The notes beneath the pieces are model-generated. The model had not been told where the DNA came from, made no database searches, and was given only the letters and a program-made list of their open reading frames with translations. Shown one piece after another: positions 35,996 through 37,865 of a DNA stretch of 37,865 nucleotides (position 1 is the stretch's first letter; each line of letters begins with the position of its first letter). The stretch is from sequence record DRR378314_1024; one strand, written 5' to 3'. The translations under genes were made by a program, and so were the position numbers.

Positions 35996-37320
35996 TCGAC
36001 TTTTTTCAATCTCGCGTAAAAGAAACCATCCCCGTTATGTTCACCCGGGAGCAGTTGCAGAGTTTTCTGCTTTTCATCAATAGGTATCAGACTAGCACCC
36101 GATTGCTGTTTTAGAAAAGACTCAATTTGAGTTTGGTTTTCCTGGCTTAGAATAGAGCAGGTTGCGTAAAGCAGCTCTCCGCCGGGTTTAAGTAAAGGCC
36201 AAAGCGAATTTAGTATCTGACTTTGCAATTGCGCGAGCTCATCAATGTCCTCAGCGCGACGCAGCCACTTAATATCAGGGTGGCGGCGTATCACGCCCGT
36301 TGCCGAGCAGGGCGCGTCCAGTAGTATGCGGTCAAATTGCTCGCCGTCCCACCAGTCATCAGTTGAAGCAACATCGGCGCAATGAACTACGGCACTTAAA
36401 CCGGCGCGCTCCAGATTTTCGTCCACTCGCTCAAGACGTTTAGCATCGATATCAATGGCCTGAACCGGTTGTTCAAAGTCGTTTCGCTCAAGCAAGTGCA
36501 ATAGCTTGCCTCCCGGAGCGGCGCAACAATCGAGTACGCGGTGGGAAGCCTTTACGTTCAGGTAATCCGCAGCTAACTGGGCCGAACGGTCCTGTACCGA
36601 TGCGTGGCCCCGGTCAAACCCCGGAAGCCGTTCAACCGGAACAGGCGAATGCAGACGAATCGCATCGCCAGCCAGAGTATCGCCTTCGGCGGCAATACCG
36701 CTGTCTTCCAGTTGTCTTAAATAGTCATCGCGATTGAAAAAACAACGATTCACACGTAACCACATGGGCGGGTGTGCGTTGTTCTCAATGAGAATGTCGC
36801 TGGCTTGTTGTGGGTGGTCTGCCTGAATTGCATCAAACAACCAGCGCGGATGATTTTGCATCGCGTCAACAGGTAGCTCGCGCTGCTGTGACTCATCTGC
36901 CGCAGGCGCTTCGCGGAGTAATTGACGCAGTATACCGTTTACCAGACCTTTGTGATTACGTTTGCCGAGAATACGCGCGGCTTCTACTGTGGCGCTAACG
37001 GCAGCGTGGTCTTTAATACGAAGACAATAAAGCTGATAGGCACCTACCAGTAGTAAGTAGTGCAATACTTTAAGCTTACCTTTAAGTGGCTTATCCAGTT
37101 TAGCCCCAACCATTTTGTTAAGGCTGGGCAGAACTCTTAAAACACCGTAGCTAATTGCACTGGCAAGACGTTTATCTGCGTCAGAGAGTTTACCGGTGGC
37201 GTGGGGTAAAGCCGCGGAAAGCGACTCGCCTTTCTCTAATACATGAAAGAGAGCGGTTGCAGCGGCGGCCCGGCTAGTTGCTCCCTGACCACCGTTTTCT
37301 GAATTTTTCTGCCGGCTCAT
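35992..37320 (-). CDS. rsmB: 16S rRNA m5C967 methyltransferase
   Basis: NusB-like N-terminus, [30 protein letters not shown]. Confidence 0.96.
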   Translation of the reverse strand: MSRQKNSENGGQGATSRAAAATALFHVLEKGESLSAALPHATGKLSDADKRLASAISYGVLRVLPSLNKMVGAKLDKPLKGKLKVLHYLLLVGAYQLYCLRIKDHAAVSATVEAARILGKRNHKGLVNGILRQLLREAPAADESQQRELPVDAMQNHPRWLFDAIQADHPQQASDILIENNAHPPMWLRVNRCFFNRDDYLRQLEDSGIAAEGDTLAGDAIRLHSPVPVERLPGFDRGHASVQDRSAQLAADYLNVKASHRVLDCCAAPGGKLLHLLERNDFEQPVQAIDIDAKRLERVDENLERAGLSAVVHCADVASTDDWWDGEQFDRILLDAPCSATGVIRRHPDIKWLRRAEDIDELAQLQSQILNSLWPLLKPGGELLYATCSILSQENQTQIESFLKQQSGASLIPIDEKQKTLQLLPGEHNGDGFFYARLKKVE

Positions 37321-37865
37321 TGTAATTCCAGTCCCGGGCTAAAGACATTACTGTAGCCGTTTACTAAGGTACTGGCTGGCTGAGCCTTTTTGCCCGGCAT
37401 CTGTGCCTGAGTGATACGTAAAATACCGTCCCCGGTTACCACGTCGATGCCTTCGTGTGTACTATTAATAATCGTTCCCGGACCTTTATTGCTTGCGCCC
37501 TGAATAAGTTCAGCTGCGTGAATTTTGAGTGTGTTCTGTCCGGCTTTTAAATTTTCTGACTGGCACCAGCTCATTGGCCAGGGGTTAAACGCTCGTACGC
37601 AGCGTTCGATAAAGGCCGCCGGTTGGGTCCAGTCTATTTTACCTTCCTGCTTGGTTAGCTTTTTCGCATAAGTGGCATTGGCGTCACTTTGCGGCTTAGC
37701 CTGGCTCTGATAGCCGTCGAGATCTTTCAATACTTTAGTTAACGCCTCAGGCCCCAGACTTTCAAGCTTGTGATAAAGCGAAGCCGAGGTTTCGTCCGGA
37801 CTGATAGCGCAGCGCTCTTCGTGCAGCACCGGACCGGTATCCAGGCCGGCTTCCATTTGCATAAT
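37317..37865 (-). CDS. fmt: Methionyl-tRNA formyltransferase (partial, 5' end outside the window)
   Basis: MQMEAGLDTGP, TYAKKLTK..G.IDW, VRAFNPWP, QMPGKK; upstream of rsmB. Confidence 0.95.
   Translation of the reverse strand: MMQMEAGLDTGPVLHEERCAISPDETSASLYHKLESLGPEALTKVLKDLDGYQSQAKPQSDANATYAKKLTKQEGKIDWTQPAAFIERCVRAFNPWPMSWCQSENLKAGQNTLKIHAAELIQGASNKGPGTIINSTHEGIDVVTGDGILRITQAQMPGKKAQPASTLVNGYSNVFSPGLELQ

Overview
Chromosomal replication-origin region of a gammaproteobacterium. Gene order and protein sequences suggest Alteromonadales, probably Idiomarina (my inference, not a database result). Left to right: atpA(partial)-atpHFEBI, parB, parA, rsmG and mnmG, all on the minus strand; an enteric-type oriC between mnmG and mioC; a four-gene accessory block (exported DUF442-like protein, gloA, GIY-YIG protein, FUSC protein); mnmE-yidC-yidD-rnpA-rpmH; dnaA-dnaN-recF-gyrB; glyS-glyQ; tag plus a GNAT; tusA; a nested palindromic repeat; fadA-fadB; slt-pepQ-yigZ; and trkA-rsmB-fmt(partial). 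The window is almost entirely housekeeping. I see no integrase, transposase, prophage, CRISPR array, tRNA or rRNA, and I cannot support a new multi-gene system. The signals most worth following are cis-acting. (1) The oriC unwinding region has six tandem DnaA-trio-like triplets and mostly degenerate DnaA boxes, and DnaA itself has substitutions in its ssDNA-binding region. (2) parS sites are embedded in recF (two), pepQ and, degenerately, mnmE. (3) A nested inverted-repeat element carries two CsrA-type GGA-loop hairpins. (4) A PsrA-type operator abuts the slt start codon.
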